Shown: positions 37,830-51,794, counted from the first letter of the whole stretch. The stretch is 63,111 nucleotides of DNA, filler included, from Octopus bimaculoides (GCF_001194135.2; 7 parts of 5 records of this genome joined end to end with filler, not necessarily neighbours in it); one strand, 5' to 3'. Numbers and translations: made by a program. The notes: a model not told the origin generated them from the letters alone.

Positions 37830-38909
37830 NNNNNNNNNNNNNNNNNNNNNNNNNNNNNNNNNNNNNNNNNNNNNNNNNNNNNNNNNNNNNNNNNNNNNNN
37901 NNNNNNNNNNNNNNNNNNNNNNNNNNNNNNNNNNNNNNNNNNNNNNNNNNNNNNNNNNNNNNNNNNNNNNNNNNNNNNNNNNNNNNNNNNNNNNNNNNNN
38001 NNNNNNNNNNNNNNNNNNNNNNNNNNNNNNNNNNNNNNNNNNNNNNNNNNNNNNNNNNNNNNNNNNNNNNNNNNNNNNNNNNNNNNNNNNNNNNNNNNNN
38101 NNNNNNNNNNNNNNNNNNNNNNNNNNNNNNNNNNNNNNNNNNNNNNNNNNNNNNNNNNNNNNNNNNNNNNNNNNNNNNNNNNNNNNNNNNNNNNNNNNNN
38201 NNNNNNNNNNNNNNNNNNNNNNNNNNNNNNNNNNNNNNNNNNNNNNNNNNNNNNNNNNNNNNNNNNNNNNNNNNNNNNNNNNNNNNNNNNNNNNNNNNNN
38301 NNNNNNNNNNNNNNNNNNNNNNNNNNNNNNNNNNNNNNNNNNNNNNNNNNNNNNNNNNNNNNNNNNNNNNNNNNNNNNNNNNNNNNNNNNNNNNNNNNNN
38401 NNNNNNNNNNNNNNNNNNNNNNNNNNNNNNNNNNNNNNNNNNNNNNNNNNNNNNNNNNNNNNNNNNNNNNNNNNNNNNNNNNNNNNNNNNNNNNNNNNNN
38501 NNNNNNNNNNNNNNNNNNNNNNNNNNNNNNNNNNNNNNNNNNNNNNNNNNNNNNNNNNNNNNNNNNNNNNNNNNNNNNNNNNNNNNNNNNNNNNNNNNNN
38601 NNNNNNNNNNNNNNNNNNNNNNNNNNNNNNNNNNNNNNNNNNNNNNNNNNNNNNNNNNNNNNNNNNNNNNNNNNNNNNNNNNNNNNNNNNNNNAGGGGAA
38701 AGAAGTGGTGAACCCAAAGACGAGAAGCTTTGTGTGTGTGAGAGAATGCTGGTGATCTTAACGTATGCATGTGTGTATGTAGGTGTAAAAAAGTGGGGAA
38801 GGGAGAAGGGAGTTGGTCAGGGCTAGTGTGTGCGTGGTGATGTGTTGTGAAGTGATGTGTTGTGTGATATGATGTAGCGTGGTGTGATGTGAGAGTGTTG
38901 GGAGGTGCG

Positions 38910-39664
38910 AGTTGGATTTCATGGGAGAGCTGCAATCAGAAAACCACTTCTTTCAAAAACAAACGTTGCAAAGCGTTCAGAGTGGTGTAAAATCCTACAT
39001 AATTGGTCCTTAGAGCAGTGGAAGAATGTTATTTTCTCGGACGAGTCATCCTTTACCTTATTTATGACAACAGTATGCGTGTGGAAACAGCCAAAAGAAG
39101 CATTTGACCCAGACTGCCTTCTTCCAACTTTTAAAAATGGAGGAGGATCTGTGATGATCTGGTGGTTGTGGTGAGGGCTATATCTTGGAAATCCGCCGGC
39201 CCTTCATGGCAGAATCAATAGTCAAGACTATTTAGGCATTTTATCTGATCAAATTCATCCTATGGTTGCGGAACCCTTTCCGGAAGGAAATGCAATCTCT
39301 TAGGATGATAATTCCCCAATTCACACAGCTAAAGTTACTACTGAATAGCGCGAAAAACAATCTACTGAAGATGAGCATTTCATCTGGCCACCATAGTCCC
39401 CAGATCTCAATATTATTGAATATTTATGGTGCATTTTAGAAAAACAAGTAAGAAGTTGATATCCTCCACCTTCATCACTACATGAACTGGAGAGTATTTT
39501 AGCTGAAGAATGGACAAAAATTCATTTGGAAACAATTCAAACTTTGTACGAGTCCATACCTCATAGAATTCAAGCTGTAATTACTGCCAAAGGTGGTCCT
39601 ACTCCATATTAAAATTAATTTGTTTGAAAATTTAAGGTGTTTCCATCATTCTGTCCATCGTCTG
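38910..39664 (+). pseudogene. DD36E (Incomer-type) Tc1 transposase, C-terminal part plus right TIR
   Basis: GFHGRAAIRKPLLSK...VIFSDESSF (D1)...GGGSVMIW...DDNSPIHTA (D2 at 39307)...WPP*SPDLNIIE (E at 39418), leaving 36 residues between D2 and E...KGGPTPY*. Ends AGGTGTTTCCATCATTCTGTCCATCGTCTG|TA. Confidence 0.88.
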
Positions 39665-39670
39665 TATATG

Positions 39671-39766
<96 letters not shown>

Positions 39767-41013
39767 TACATATATATATAATCATATATATATGCATACA
39801 TACACATATGTGTGTGAATACATATGTCTTTGTATCTGTGTATCTATGCACCCCCTCTCCCTTTCTCTCTGTGTATATATATATATGTATGTGTGTATGT
39901 GTAGACCTACATGCATACATACATACATTAGTTAACATAAATAACGCATAGTAGCCGGCAGCATGAATCTGGGCAACGAAGACGACAAAAATATATGTTT
40001 AGTATCACACATGCTAATTCGCATTATATTGAAACGTTCAAAAGAAAGTAATACTGATGCTTAGAGGCAATTGCAATTGGCTCCTAGTGACAAGGAGAGA
40101 TAATATTAAGTAATAAACTATCAGTCTCTTGAATAAACGCGGTGGCATAGTTCATGTTTTGTATAGCAGACGACTTATGCTATTAATAACAAGAACAAAA
40201 TTTTTATAGTTTTTTTTCTTTTGTCAGTAAGTGTTATTTTCTATTTGCTTCTATCTGGAAATCAAAGGAAATGACTACTATTTCCTTCAACTTTTGCTTT
40301 TGTGTTCTGGACATCAATATTTTGAAACTGACCTATTTTCTGTTACATTTCAAATAAGTTCAGCGCTGAATTGCTGAAGCAGAAATATCGCTATACAAAA
40401 TAATCTGCTCAGTACCACAGATTTGGTTGTCAGATGCTTGATATTAACCACTTGAGTACGTCCCTAAATGGCTGGCAATATGTGCATGAGCAGGAGAAGT
40501 GGGGGAGCATGATAGCCTTGGATTCTTTGGGATTTGAATAAATGTAGCAAGAGTAAAGTTTGAAGGAAATAATCATGTTTCTTACTTTCCATGTGTAATC
40601 AAACAGGAAATAATAGTTGCTACCCAAGGACAAAAATCGTGTTAGGCAGAGTAATAGAAGATCTAGGTACGTATTCTCTGAGAAGGAGTCAACAAACAAG
40701 GGAGACCTTCCCAAACTTAGGGTCCTGTCTACTCAACAAACCGATTCCATTAACTAACAGCAAACTTATTTTCCCAGTTTCATCTCTCAGTGAACGATGA
40801 AGGGAGCTAATTATAATACACTTTTCGCTGCAGCCCTTTCAAATTTGGAACGCAGGTATCGGTCCTTCAGTTTGTAGAGAGTCAGGGGACCACGTATCTC
40901 TGGTGGAAAATCGCTGACGTTGAAAGACTGTCATTAATTTGATTAGAAAAATATTTAGTAACGAAAAGAGGTTTAAATATTTGATAATCAACAAAATAGT
41001 CTCCTTAAAGGTC

Positions 41014-41248
41014 TACAACTCCCGGCGAACAAGTTTTGTGCAAACTGGAATTGCGAGGTGGTCATTAATCTCTGCAGTAATTTTGGGAGCTGTACTTTTG
41101 TGATCCTTTCTAACAATTCGCGTAAGAGTCCGACGGCCCCTATCTGAAAGTTTTGGCTTTCATCCTGAGTCTTGTTTCGACGAGGAGGTTTTTCCTTCTT
41201 TCTCAAAGGCTGCCATTACTTTCGGGACAGTACTTCTTATTAGGACAC
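41014..41248 (-). pseudogene. N-terminal DNA-binding part of the same type of Tc1 transposase, opposite strand
   Basis: RSTVPKVMAAFEKEGKTSSSKQDSG*KPKLSDRGRRTLTRIVRKDHKSTAPKITAEINDHLAIPVCTKLVRREL, in a single frame. Confidence 0.85.
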
Positions 41249-41785
41249 GGGTTTTATGTAAGTTTTGTAGAGGGTTTGTTATGGAACATGAGTTACAAAT
41301 TTTGCGATTTGAAGTGGAACCTAGTTGTGATGCAGTTTTGGAAACATATTTGTCTCTGTGTGCATGTGTATAATCGCGCACGTTTTGTGTATGTATACAT
41401 TTGTAGCGAAGGTACTGGACTCTATTTATTTAACTAAAATAGATACGATGACAACGTATCATCACCATCGTAATGACGATGTTATTTATCATGATGATCA
41501 CAAATGATAACCACGATACAAAATAACAATAACAACACCAACAAGAACAATAATAATAATAATAATAATAATTTTAGAACAAACACAAGATGTAGAAACG
41601 GGAACAAGAAAAAAAAAAGAAGAACAGAAAAGAAGTAAATGCGGAGGAATAAGCGGAAGAGGAAGTGGATGAAAGAAGCAGAAGAACAGAAAATTGAAAG
41701 TAAAATAAAAAGAGAGAGAGAAAAAAAAAAAAAAGATGGCGGATATTGTGATGTCACACAGAGTAATTTTATTTCTTTTCTTCAG

Positions 41786-41958
41786 CCATTAGTATGATAT
41801 TGTAACTGTCTTGTGTTGAAACGTAGTGCAGCTGGGTGCAATAGGTTAGACGAATCTTTGACCTTATAGTTTCACATCAGTACAGAGATGCTTTCTGCTA
41901 GCCTACTCACCACCGCGGCCTATTCACAGATGGATATCGAGGGTCGGAGTTCAAATGA
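41786..41958 (+). other. Weak candidate alternative exon (possible start MLSASLLTTAAYSQMDIEGRSSN, phase-2 donor)
   Basis: Acceptor ATTTCTTTTCTTCAG|, ATG at 41888, donor GA|GTAATT, and YY1-like AAGATGGCGG at 41733. No homology recognised. Confidence 0.2.
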
Positions 41959-42243
41959 GTAATTATCAATCATTTCGACATTTCATTTTCTGCACACATT
42001 TTCATTTGTTTGCGGAATGATGTATTTGTTTATTTTTCTTTCCTTGTCTTCACCTTCTTGTGCGCGCGCGTGTCTGCTTTCAGCTCGGTGTATTTCTGCC
42101 TATATATGCGTGCTTGCGCCTGTGTGTGTTTCTAATTATGTGTGTGTGTATGTGTATGTGTATGTGTGTGTGAACGCGCGTGCCTGTAAATTAACGAAAG
42201 AATCACATGTACAATTGTTTTTATGCATATTTATTTAAACACA

Positions 42244-42279
<36 letters not shown>

Positions 42280-42578
42280 GTGTATGTGTACGTGCGTATG
42301 TTTGTGCATAAGTATGCATACATATATATCTATACTTCTATATATGTTTATGTGTGTATGAATGCATAGATATGTATTATAACTATATTTGTGTGTATGT
42401 GTATAAGAGTGTGCATAGAATATGTGTACGTATAAAACTTGTAAAAAGACCGCTGGTCTGGCAGGGAGATGCGAAGATTTTGCTACTTATTTCTGTTGCA
42501 AAGACCATTCCCATTGTTGCCATCATAAGATGACATCACCTTCACCACCACCACCATCTCTCACCACCATCACCACCT

Positions 42579-42609
<31 letters not shown>

Positions 42610-43804
42610 TTTGACATCAACTACAACAAGAGCTGCAGCTTTCAAGAATAAAGCGAGAAACGAGAAAATTGTAGACATTGCCATTATTTTTTGCAAGATT
42701 CAATTCCCAAATGACCATCGTCAACAACAACAACAACAACGGTAATATCGAACGCATGATAAAACAATATCATTCTAATGAACATCATCACTAGCATCAT
42801 ACCTCTCCATCAAAACAAACTATGCCACCATCACCACCATCACCAACACCAATACCACCACAACCACCATCTCCACCACCAGTACCACTATTACTGCCAC
42901 CTGTACTACCACTTCCAAGAATAAAATGAATTTTAAAAATAAAACAAGTATATACGTCGAATTAATTTTGTTTTTTATCTTTGAATTTTAAAATTCTTTC
43001 AAACGAATTAATTAGAATTTTTATTTATTGTTTCTATAATTAAAATTTCTTGTCTTTATTGTTGTTTTTGTTGTCGTTGTTGTGCTTCTGCTGACGATGT
43101 TTTTATCGTTTATCACCATTGTCATCATCATCATGTCCATCATCACCCTCGTCGTCATAATTTAATTGGTGTTTTCTTTTTTTCTTTTTCTTTTCTATCT
43201 TTAATCCTGCTTCAATTAATTTCTAATATAGGCACCAGGGCTCACATTTTTAAGAGAACAGTTACGGTCAGTATTTAAAAGAAAGCTATTTCTATGGGCC
43301 CTTTAGAAGGATTTGAACTCAGAACAGAAAGTTCCATAACTAAATACTGTATGATACTCTGGAAATTCTGATCGGCTAATTTGCCCTCGTTAATTTTCCT
43401 GTGGTTGTAGACGGCAGAAATGCTATGGCCATCTGATTTTTGTTTCTATAGTTTACGTCTCCCTACACTTAGACTTTACATCATTTGAGACCAACATCTC
43501 TTTCATCCTTTGTGGATTTTTCGTTGATGAATGTAATAATTTCTTTTATTAGCTATCACAAGGACAGGCAAAAGGAGAAAGAAATGGAAGCGACTGTGAA
43601 AAGAGATAAAAATACGTGTAGCATGCAATGAATGTAATAACATGAATAATGCAGTCATTCTGATACTGTCGAAACTCCAGCTAGGGTCAGTCAAGGAACC
43701 CCACAGTTCCAGGATTACTGTGACCACCAAAGTTATGATCCCTCGCCGAACATTTGTTCTAGTTGGGTCATTAGCCATAACCATTTTTGCCACAGTCACC
43801 CATC

Positions 43805-44170
43805 TTGGGGCTTAAGGCCAGCAGTTTTATGAGATGGGTGGACCATTACTTATTTCATCGACCCCGAACGGATGAAAGACAAAATCAACTCCGGCGGAGT
43901 TAGAACCCAGAACGTAAAGAGCCAGAAGAAATACTCCTAAATATTCTATCCAACAAGTTAACAGCTCTGCCAGGTCGTCCTTGATTCTTATATAACTGCT
44001 TCATATCTTGGCTCAAGGCCAGCAGTTTTAGGGAAAGGGTCAACTGGTGCTTGTTTTATTGAAACCGAAAGGATGAAAGGCATATTTAAAATGTGAATGC
44101 AAAGAGCAGGCAGAATGTTGCTAAACATATTGTCTGACTCGCTAATAAGTCTGTCAGTTCGTTGCGTTGC
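43805..44170 (-). mobile_element. Two tandem copies of tRNA-head SINE family 'D'
   Basis: CTTAAGGCCAGCAGTTTT...TCGACCCCGAACGGATGAAAG...CAGAACGTAAAGA...CTCTGCCAG, repeated at ~43995. Further copies at ~5115, 44640, 47830, 54870 and 60078. Confidence 0.7.
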
Positions 44171-45599
44171 TGATACGTATAATCAAAATGGCCGAATCAC
44201 TTGAGCGTTGTACAGAATAACTAGCATCTATCCACTTCACTATTCGTCACTTTGAGTTCAAATGACCCTGTGGTCAACTTTCAGTATTGATAAATATATA
44301 CAAACCAATATCGGTTTCATCTATCTCTTCATTTTCCCCCGCTTTTCACTTCTCTCTTTTTTCTTTCCTCCATTTCTGACTTACTTTTTCTTTCTTACGT
44401 TCACTTTCTTACTGGTTCTAGAAGATATTGGATTTCGGCAGTCCTGGAGAGAGAGAGATGGGCTCCTCAAGTCCATAAACGCTCAAGATATATCATATAT
44501 CATGACGCTGCACCTAGGATTTCATCTGAAGTTGAGTTTCAAGATAAGGCAAAGCAATTGTTTGGGATCGGATGAAGCTACTGTAACCTTCCCCATAAAA
44601 TATGTCAACTTGTATCAATATTAGATAACATTAGCATGAGGGTTCCACTGAGGTCATCTCTACCTTTAGTCCATTCAGGATCGATAAAATAAGCACCAGT
44701 CAAATACTGATGTTGAATTAATATATCTTTTGATACATATTGACTTCGATTTGCGTTCTGCGTTCAAATGCCGTATGGGTTCAACTTCGTTGTTCATCAA
44801 TGTAAGTTCGATAGAATATACACCGGTACAGAACACGGAGCAATCTGAACGAATATGTCCTCCCGAAATGTTTGGACTTCTACCTTGTTCGTGTACCATC
44901 ACTATCCTCAACGTCATAATCACTAACACTACCACCACCACCACCACCACCANNNNNNNNNNNNNNNNNNNNNNNNNNNNNNNNNNNNNNNNNNNNNNNN
45001 NNNNNNNNNNNNNNNNNNNNNNNNNNNNNNNNNNNNNNNNNNNNNNNNNNNNNNNNNNNNNNNNNNNNNNNNNNNNNNNNNNNNNNNNNNNNNNNNNNNN
45101 NNNNNNNNNNNNNNNNNNNNNNNNNNNNNNNNNNNNNNNNNNNNNNNNNNNNNNNNNNNNNNNNNNNNNNNNNNNNNNNNNNNNNNNNNNNNNNNNNNNN
45201 NNNNNNNNNNNNNNNNNNNNNNNNNNNNNNNNNNNNNNNNNNNNNNNNNNNNNNNNNNNNNNNNNNNNNNNNNNNNNNNNNNNNNNNNNNNNNNNNNNNN
45301 NNNNNNNNNNNNNNNNNNNNNNNNNNNNNNNNNNNNNNNNNNNNNNNNNNNNNNNNNNNNNNNNNNNNNNNNNNNNNNNNNNNNNNNNNNNNNNNNNNNN
45401 NNNNNNNNNNTTATCGTCGTAGTTGTTGACGTCGCCATCATTTTCATCATCTCCATCGTGTCAGGAATAGCTCGTGAGGCGGACTAAATACCAGTGTGGA
45501 TAGTGTGGATGGTGGTGGTGGTGGTGGTGGTGGTAGTGTTGGAGGTGGCGGTGGTGGTAGTGGTGGAGTTGATGATGATGGATCGTTAATGTCTGATGA

Positions 45600-46700
45600 C
45601 GGAGAAAGTAACAAGAGTAAAGAATTTGACAGTAATATTCAAGAAACTTCATCAATTGCTCGATATTTTAATCAATTTGAAGGGAACGACCTCATCAGGG
45701 ATTTGACCCTTTCAAGGAAGTCTGCTGATATTTTCTAGCCTCCATGACAAATGGTAATGATTTACTTCATTCTGGAACCAAGATACATATTATTGTAGCA
45801 GAGAAAAAGATTTGCGCCGTGAACTACTATTTAGTGTTTGCAGCGATGTCAGATGTCTTCTGAGAAAAATGGGTTTAAAAGAATGACGATATCTCATTGA
45901 GAGATGCAAGTGGAGTTTAAAATGTAACTTTTAGCATTAACATATATGTTTCATTCACGATGAGTGAAACAAGCAGTATGAAAGTAAGGCACAACACATT
46001 CACTGTAGTCTAGAAATTTAGATCTAAAAAATATGCCATGTCTGTAAACCTAAACTTGGTGACATTCCTTCTTGATTAGCAAACTGTTGATACGAAATAT
46101 CCGTGCTTTTTTTTTTCTGAATTTGAGTGACAATTGAATCAATAGTAAGAAAAGAGTGGTTTTCGAGTGAAGATATGGAGATTGAGGGAGTTGGTAACAG
46201 TTATCGATGAATGTTTGATTGGAAGAAAAAGAAATATTCTACCAATATCGCATATTAAGTTAAGCTATTAGGAATCAATTTGTAAGGTAGTTGAATAAAG
46301 TTGGTGTTTGCTTTAGTTGATAATGCAGCAAAATCTAAAGATACCAGCTTGTCCAAATTTCGTAGAATCAATAGGAAACAATTTATTATGATCTATTTTT
46401 GACCGTTCTGTCTGATGAAAACTATACAGTTTAGAAAAAGTGTAGACAGCTACCCTGAATTATTTGAAGGCATGTTCCGTAACATTGAACAACATCGTTG
46501 GAGGCCAGGGTTGGGGCCGTGTTACTTTCACAATCGTTTAAACCGTTCTTCAGGAACGATTAGTACACCAGGAATAAAAACAAAGTAAAAGAAGCACCAG
46601 AGTAAATGGCATATACGCATGATGGTAGATTTCTGCTGGAAACGTCCATGAGACTGACCTGGTAAATCTTTCTCCTTTGAAAGTTCTATAAAACAAGTTA
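45600..46700 (+). pseudogene. Degenerate DNA-transposon transposase, probably CMC/Chapaev3 type
   Basis: Ordered motifs across frameshifts: FNQFEGNDLIRDLTLSRKSADI; REKDL...CSDVRCLLRKMG; VNLNLVTFLLD*QTVDTKYPCF; RNILPISHIKL; KWHIRMMVDFCW. These match the recalled consensus NDLVRDL.LSK...DLKMVNFLLGQQ.GYTKYPCFLC...LPPLHIKLG...WD.HMMADYCW. The superfamily label is from memory. Confidence 0.7.
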
Positions 46701-47829
46701 TTTATAGGTTAAATGACTGCTCACTTTTTGTTTTATGCTCATTTGGGGGTTACAATTAATTACAATTGATTCTGATGTTATGATTTTGAGCAAAAAAGAG
46801 AATTGATTTAGTAACTCATGTTAAGTTGGTTTACTAGCATCTAGTATATATTTAGCATTAAACTATCATTTCTACTTCAAAATAACCGACTATAAATTCG
46901 GTCCTGGTACTCAAAAGATGTCCCAGCCTTACTCTGAGGTGTTAAATACAGAAAGACAGAGGGAAAGGCAAAGATATGTAAAATAATTCGGTTCAGAACG
47001 TTACTTTTTTTAATTTAGGGCATATAAGTAGCTTGCCAAATGTTAGTGGGTTCCCCTTATGTCAATATTTTTATTACAATCGCAGTTTATTCTATTTTAC
47101 TAGCTTTATTGACATATTATTTAGCGTACTATTTTGTCATCAATTCCATTATATCTGATCGAGTTCCATTTAAATCATCATTTTATTGCAAGGATATATT
47201 TGTTATCTTACCTATGCGTGCATGTATACAGGAAGAGAGAGAGAGAGAGAGAGTTAAGAAGAGAGGTTTTATGGCAATAATGTCACGCTACCTTTTCCAA
47301 TACCTTCCCCTAAAAATTGCCTGTGATCCTTATTCCGGGTGGTTTTGAGTAAAGAAGAAATCTCGATATAATACGGTTAATACCATCTAAGGTGTAATCA
47401 AAGTTAATGTGATATATTTAGGCTTAAATGCAGCGTGGACATTTCTTTAAAATTTCGCTATCTACTCTATTTCAAAATATACAACTTAGTGCATGCGTGT
47501 GTATGTGTATTTATGTGTGCGTGGTGTCTCTCTGTGGTTGGCAATGCCTTAAAAGCATTAGCATAAGAAAAAGGAACAGCGATAACCGATGACAAAACTG
47601 ATCACTAATTAAAGGGGTTCGTGCGTATGCGCAGACATAAATATTCTTTCATACTAGCAGCTCGATAACTGCAGAAAAATTGAAGTTTGTCGCTAAATGT
47701 ACCTAAGGACATGGTGCTACTGTTAACTCAGATGGTTGGTTATAAATGCTTATATTTCAGTAAAACTATCATCCAAAGGCAGCGTGAACGTGGACATTAC
47801 GATACATGAATATGTCAACAACCACCACA

Positions 47830-48040
47830 AATCTCCTTTATACTATGAGCACAAGGCCTAAAATTTGTGGAGAGGGAGCTAGTCGATTATATCGATCCTC
47901 GCACGTGACTGGTACACATTTTATCGACCATTAAAGGATAAAAGGCAATGTTGACCTCAGCAGAGGTTGAACTCAAGAAGGACTAAATGCCGCTCGGTAT
48001 TTTGGCCGGCGTGGTAACGATTCTGCTGGTTCGCCGCTTT
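47830..48040 (-). mobile_element. SINE family 'D'
   Basis: CACAAGGCCTAAAATTTGTGG...TTTATCGACC...AAAGGATAAAAGGCAATGTTGACCTC...GCTGGTTCGCCGC. Confidence 0.7.
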
Positions 48041-48593
48041 ACAGCTGCTACAAATATAGAACTTATAACTGCGAGATGAGCTATCAGATATGGACGGGTG
48101 TATATCAAGTTACCTGCTATGGCAGATAGTGTGGAATAAATATAACGGCTACAACAAATGTTAGGAAAGTTATGGTAAAATATAACATGAAAACCAAGCT
48201 TGCAGTTTTAATAAGAGATGCATCAAGGGTAGGCAACAGTTAAAAATATAAATTACGGTGATCACATTATAGACATACAAAGAGATACATAGCAATGTAC
48301 ATGTTTGCATTCATATATCAATACGTCGTACATATTTGCAGACTTAGATAACTATATGTATACATGATATACATATATTAACATGTGTGTACCTAATATG
48401 CAAACACACACGCACGCACACACGCACACACACACACACACACGCACGCACGCACACACACGCAAACGCACACTCACACACTCACACACATATTGACTGT
48501 TTGCCTTATGTATTTATAAAAAATATTGACATACATACATACATTCATACATGTGTATATGTATATACATAAATCTCTATCGCTGTCTCTCTG

Positions 48594-48626
<33 letters not shown>

Positions 48627-50212
48627 GTATGTATATANNNNNNNNNNNNNNNNNNNNNNNNNNNNNNNNNNNNNNNNNNNNNNNNNNNNNNNNNNNNNNN
48701 NNNNNNNNNNNNNNNNNNNNNNNNNNNNNNNNNNNNNNNNNNNNNNNNNNNNNNNNNNNNNNNNNNNNNNNNNNNNNNNNNNNNNNNNNNNNNNNNNNNN
48801 NNNNNNNNNNNNNNNNNNNNNNNNNNNNNNNNNNNNNNNNNNNNNNNNNNNNNNNNNNNNNNNNNNNNNNNNNNNNNNNNNNNNNNNNNNNNNNNNNNNN
48901 NNNNNNNNNNNNNNNNNNNNNNNNNNNNNNNNNNNNNNNNNNNNNNNNNNNNNNNNNNNNNNNNNNNNNNNNNNNNNNNNNNNNNNNNNNNNNNNNNNNN
49001 NNNNNNNNNNNNNNNNNNNNATATATATATATATATATATACATGATGATCAATTGTCAAGTAGGTTTATGAAAGATATTTATATACTTACATATCGTGA
49101 GCTCGCATGTGCACTCACACACATATACACGCACGCACATACACACATATTCGTATATAATACCGACACACGCGAGCTTTCCTATATGTATTGCCTATAC
49201 AATTATATGCACTTCTATGTGTGCGTTAGATTCTATGGTGAGTGTATATCTAATGCAATGAAGTTTGATCGGATATTGAAAAAATCAATTTCCGATATTG
49301 CACAATAGATGGTAATATTTTGATTACTTACCAAAATGATAATATACATCAGTGTGGGGGGGGGNNNNNNNNNNNNNNNNNNNNNNNNNNNNNNNNNNNN
49401 NNNNNNNNNNNNNNNNNNNNNNNNNNNNNNNNNNNNNNNNNNNNNNNNNNNNNNNNNNNNNNNNNNNNNNNNNNNNNNNNNNNNNNNNNNNNNNNNNNNN
49501 NNNNNNNNNNNNNNNNNNNNNNNNNNNNNNNNNNNNNNNNNNNNNNNNNNNNNNNNNNNNNNNNNNNNNNNNNNNNNNNNNNNNNNNNNNNNNNNNNNNN
49601 NNNNNNNNNNNNNNNNNNNNNNNNNNNNNNNNNNNNNNNNNNNNNNNNNNNNNNNNNNNNNNNNNNNNNNNNNNNNNNNNNNNNNNNNNNNNNNNNNNNN
49701 NNNNNNNNNNNNNNNNNNNNNNNNNNNNNNNNNNNNNNNNNNNNNNNNNNNNNNNNNNNNNNNNNNNNNNNNNNNNNNNNNNNNNNNNNNNNNNNNNNNN
49801 NNNNNNNNNNNNNNNNNNNNNNNNNNNNNNNNNNNNNNNNNNNNNNNNNNNNNNNNNNNNNNNNNNNNNNNNNNNNNNNNNNNNNNNNNNNNNNNNNNNN
49901 NNNNNNNNNNNNNNNNNNNNNNNNNNNNNNNNNNNNNNNNNNNNNNNNNNNNNNNNNNNNNNNNNNNNNNNNNNNNNNNNNNNNNNNNNNNNNNNNNNNN
50001 NNNNNNNNNNNNNNNNNNNNNNNNNNNNNNNNNNNNNNNNNNNNNNNNNNNNNNNNNNNNNNNNNNNNNNNNNNNNNNNNNNNNNNNNNNNNNNNNNNNN
50101 NNNNNNNNNNNNNNNNNNNNNNNNNNNNNNNNNNNNNNNNNNNNNNNNNNNNNNNNNNNNNNNNNNNNNNNNNNNNNNNNNNNNNNNNNNNNNNNNNNNN
50201 NNNNNNNNNNNN

Positions 50213-50245
<33 letters not shown>

Positions 50246-50417
50246 TCACATGTATTCAAATATGAAATAGAAGTAGCGCTAGTGTAATAAACAGTATGAA
50301 ACCACATTTACTTAACAAATACACGAAGCATATACGTTAAGGACATGTGTTTGATAATGTTTATAAATATATACGTATATGCACACATGTACGTCCACGC
50401 ATGCACGCATACATACT

Positions 50418-50462
<45 letters not shown>

Positions 50463-50522
50463 TTGTACTGATCATGCATTTCCATGTGTGTGCGTGTATG
50501 TGTTTGAGAGAAAAAGAGAGAG

Positions 50523-50575
<53 letters not shown>

Positions 50576-51171
50576 TGTGTGTGTGTGTGTGTGCTTGTGA
50601 GTTCTGTTTGGCAAATGAAACAAATATTTATATTTTGCAGAGAATGTATGGAAAAATAATAAAGAAAAGGGAAAAACAATCGGAAGTAACATAGTTTAAA
50701 GACTCTCCAAAGAACTAAAGAGTAATAAATTATAGCAGTCTTAATAATATATGTTTCTATATTCATACTTAAATGTCACACATCTGACACACGTAAAATC
50801 ACACGCATACAGTGCACATACACACACACATACAAATACACGAATAAAATATACATATATTAACATACATATTTTCTTGCCAATATCTGTAGAAACTACC
50901 CACGCCCGTATACATATACCCGTGCGCACGCAGCATCTCACACGTACGTACATACATGAATTTTTCGTGTGTACACACAGTATATATAAAGCCACATTGT
51001 ATATATGTATATACATACCGACCAACAAACACGTGATATACTTCCTTTGTTTGCTTGTTTGTTTGTTTCCTCCCTTTTTTCTACATTAATATGATGGTTT
51101 TCACTCAAACAGCTAAGCACTCTGGATATATACATACACACACACACATATATATATGTGTGTGTATGTAC

Positions 51172-51209
<38 letters not shown>

Positions 51210-51757
51210 NNNNNNNNNNNNNNNNNNNNNNNNNNNNNNNNNNNNNNNNNNNNTTAATTAATTAANNNNNNNNNNNNNNNNNNNNNNNNNNNNNNNNNNN
51301 NNNNNNNNNTACGCGCATACATACATACATACACACTTGATTACATACATACATACATACGTACATACATACATACGCACGAACAAATCCACTCTAACAC
51401 GCAAACATCCAAATACATACATTAATAAATTCTTTATGAATCAACACATTTACATACAGCGTTCACATTTTCATAGTTAAATGAAAGTATATATATGAAG
51501 AAAACAAAAATCAAAGAAAAAACTATGGAAAAACTCTATACATAAACTTGGTTACAATCTTCAATATTTTAATAATCCTACTTATACAAGCAGTCAATGA
51601 TGCCATTTTGACAAAAGTGGAAAATCGACAGCTCAAAATGTCTCACTTGTACTAAATGTCATTCGAGGCGCCTTTAGTTGAAGCAAGTTGAATGCAAAAG
51701 ACATTGAAGGAAGAAGACGAGAGAGAAGGAGACAGAGGGGGGGGTGATAGAGAGGTG

Positions 51758-51794
<37 letters not shown>

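Noticed and set aside
40607-40666. 60-nt phase 1-1 exon-like segment (NNSCYPRTKIVLGRVIEDL)
   Set aside because: The acceptor is weak, the phase does not follow the 31835 donor, and it lies inside the inferred inversion.
47761-47809. Possible terminal exon for the + gene (D-KTIIQRQRERGHYDT*) after TTATATTTCAG
   Set aside because: The phase fits, but short open frames after an AG are common by chance and nothing else supports it.
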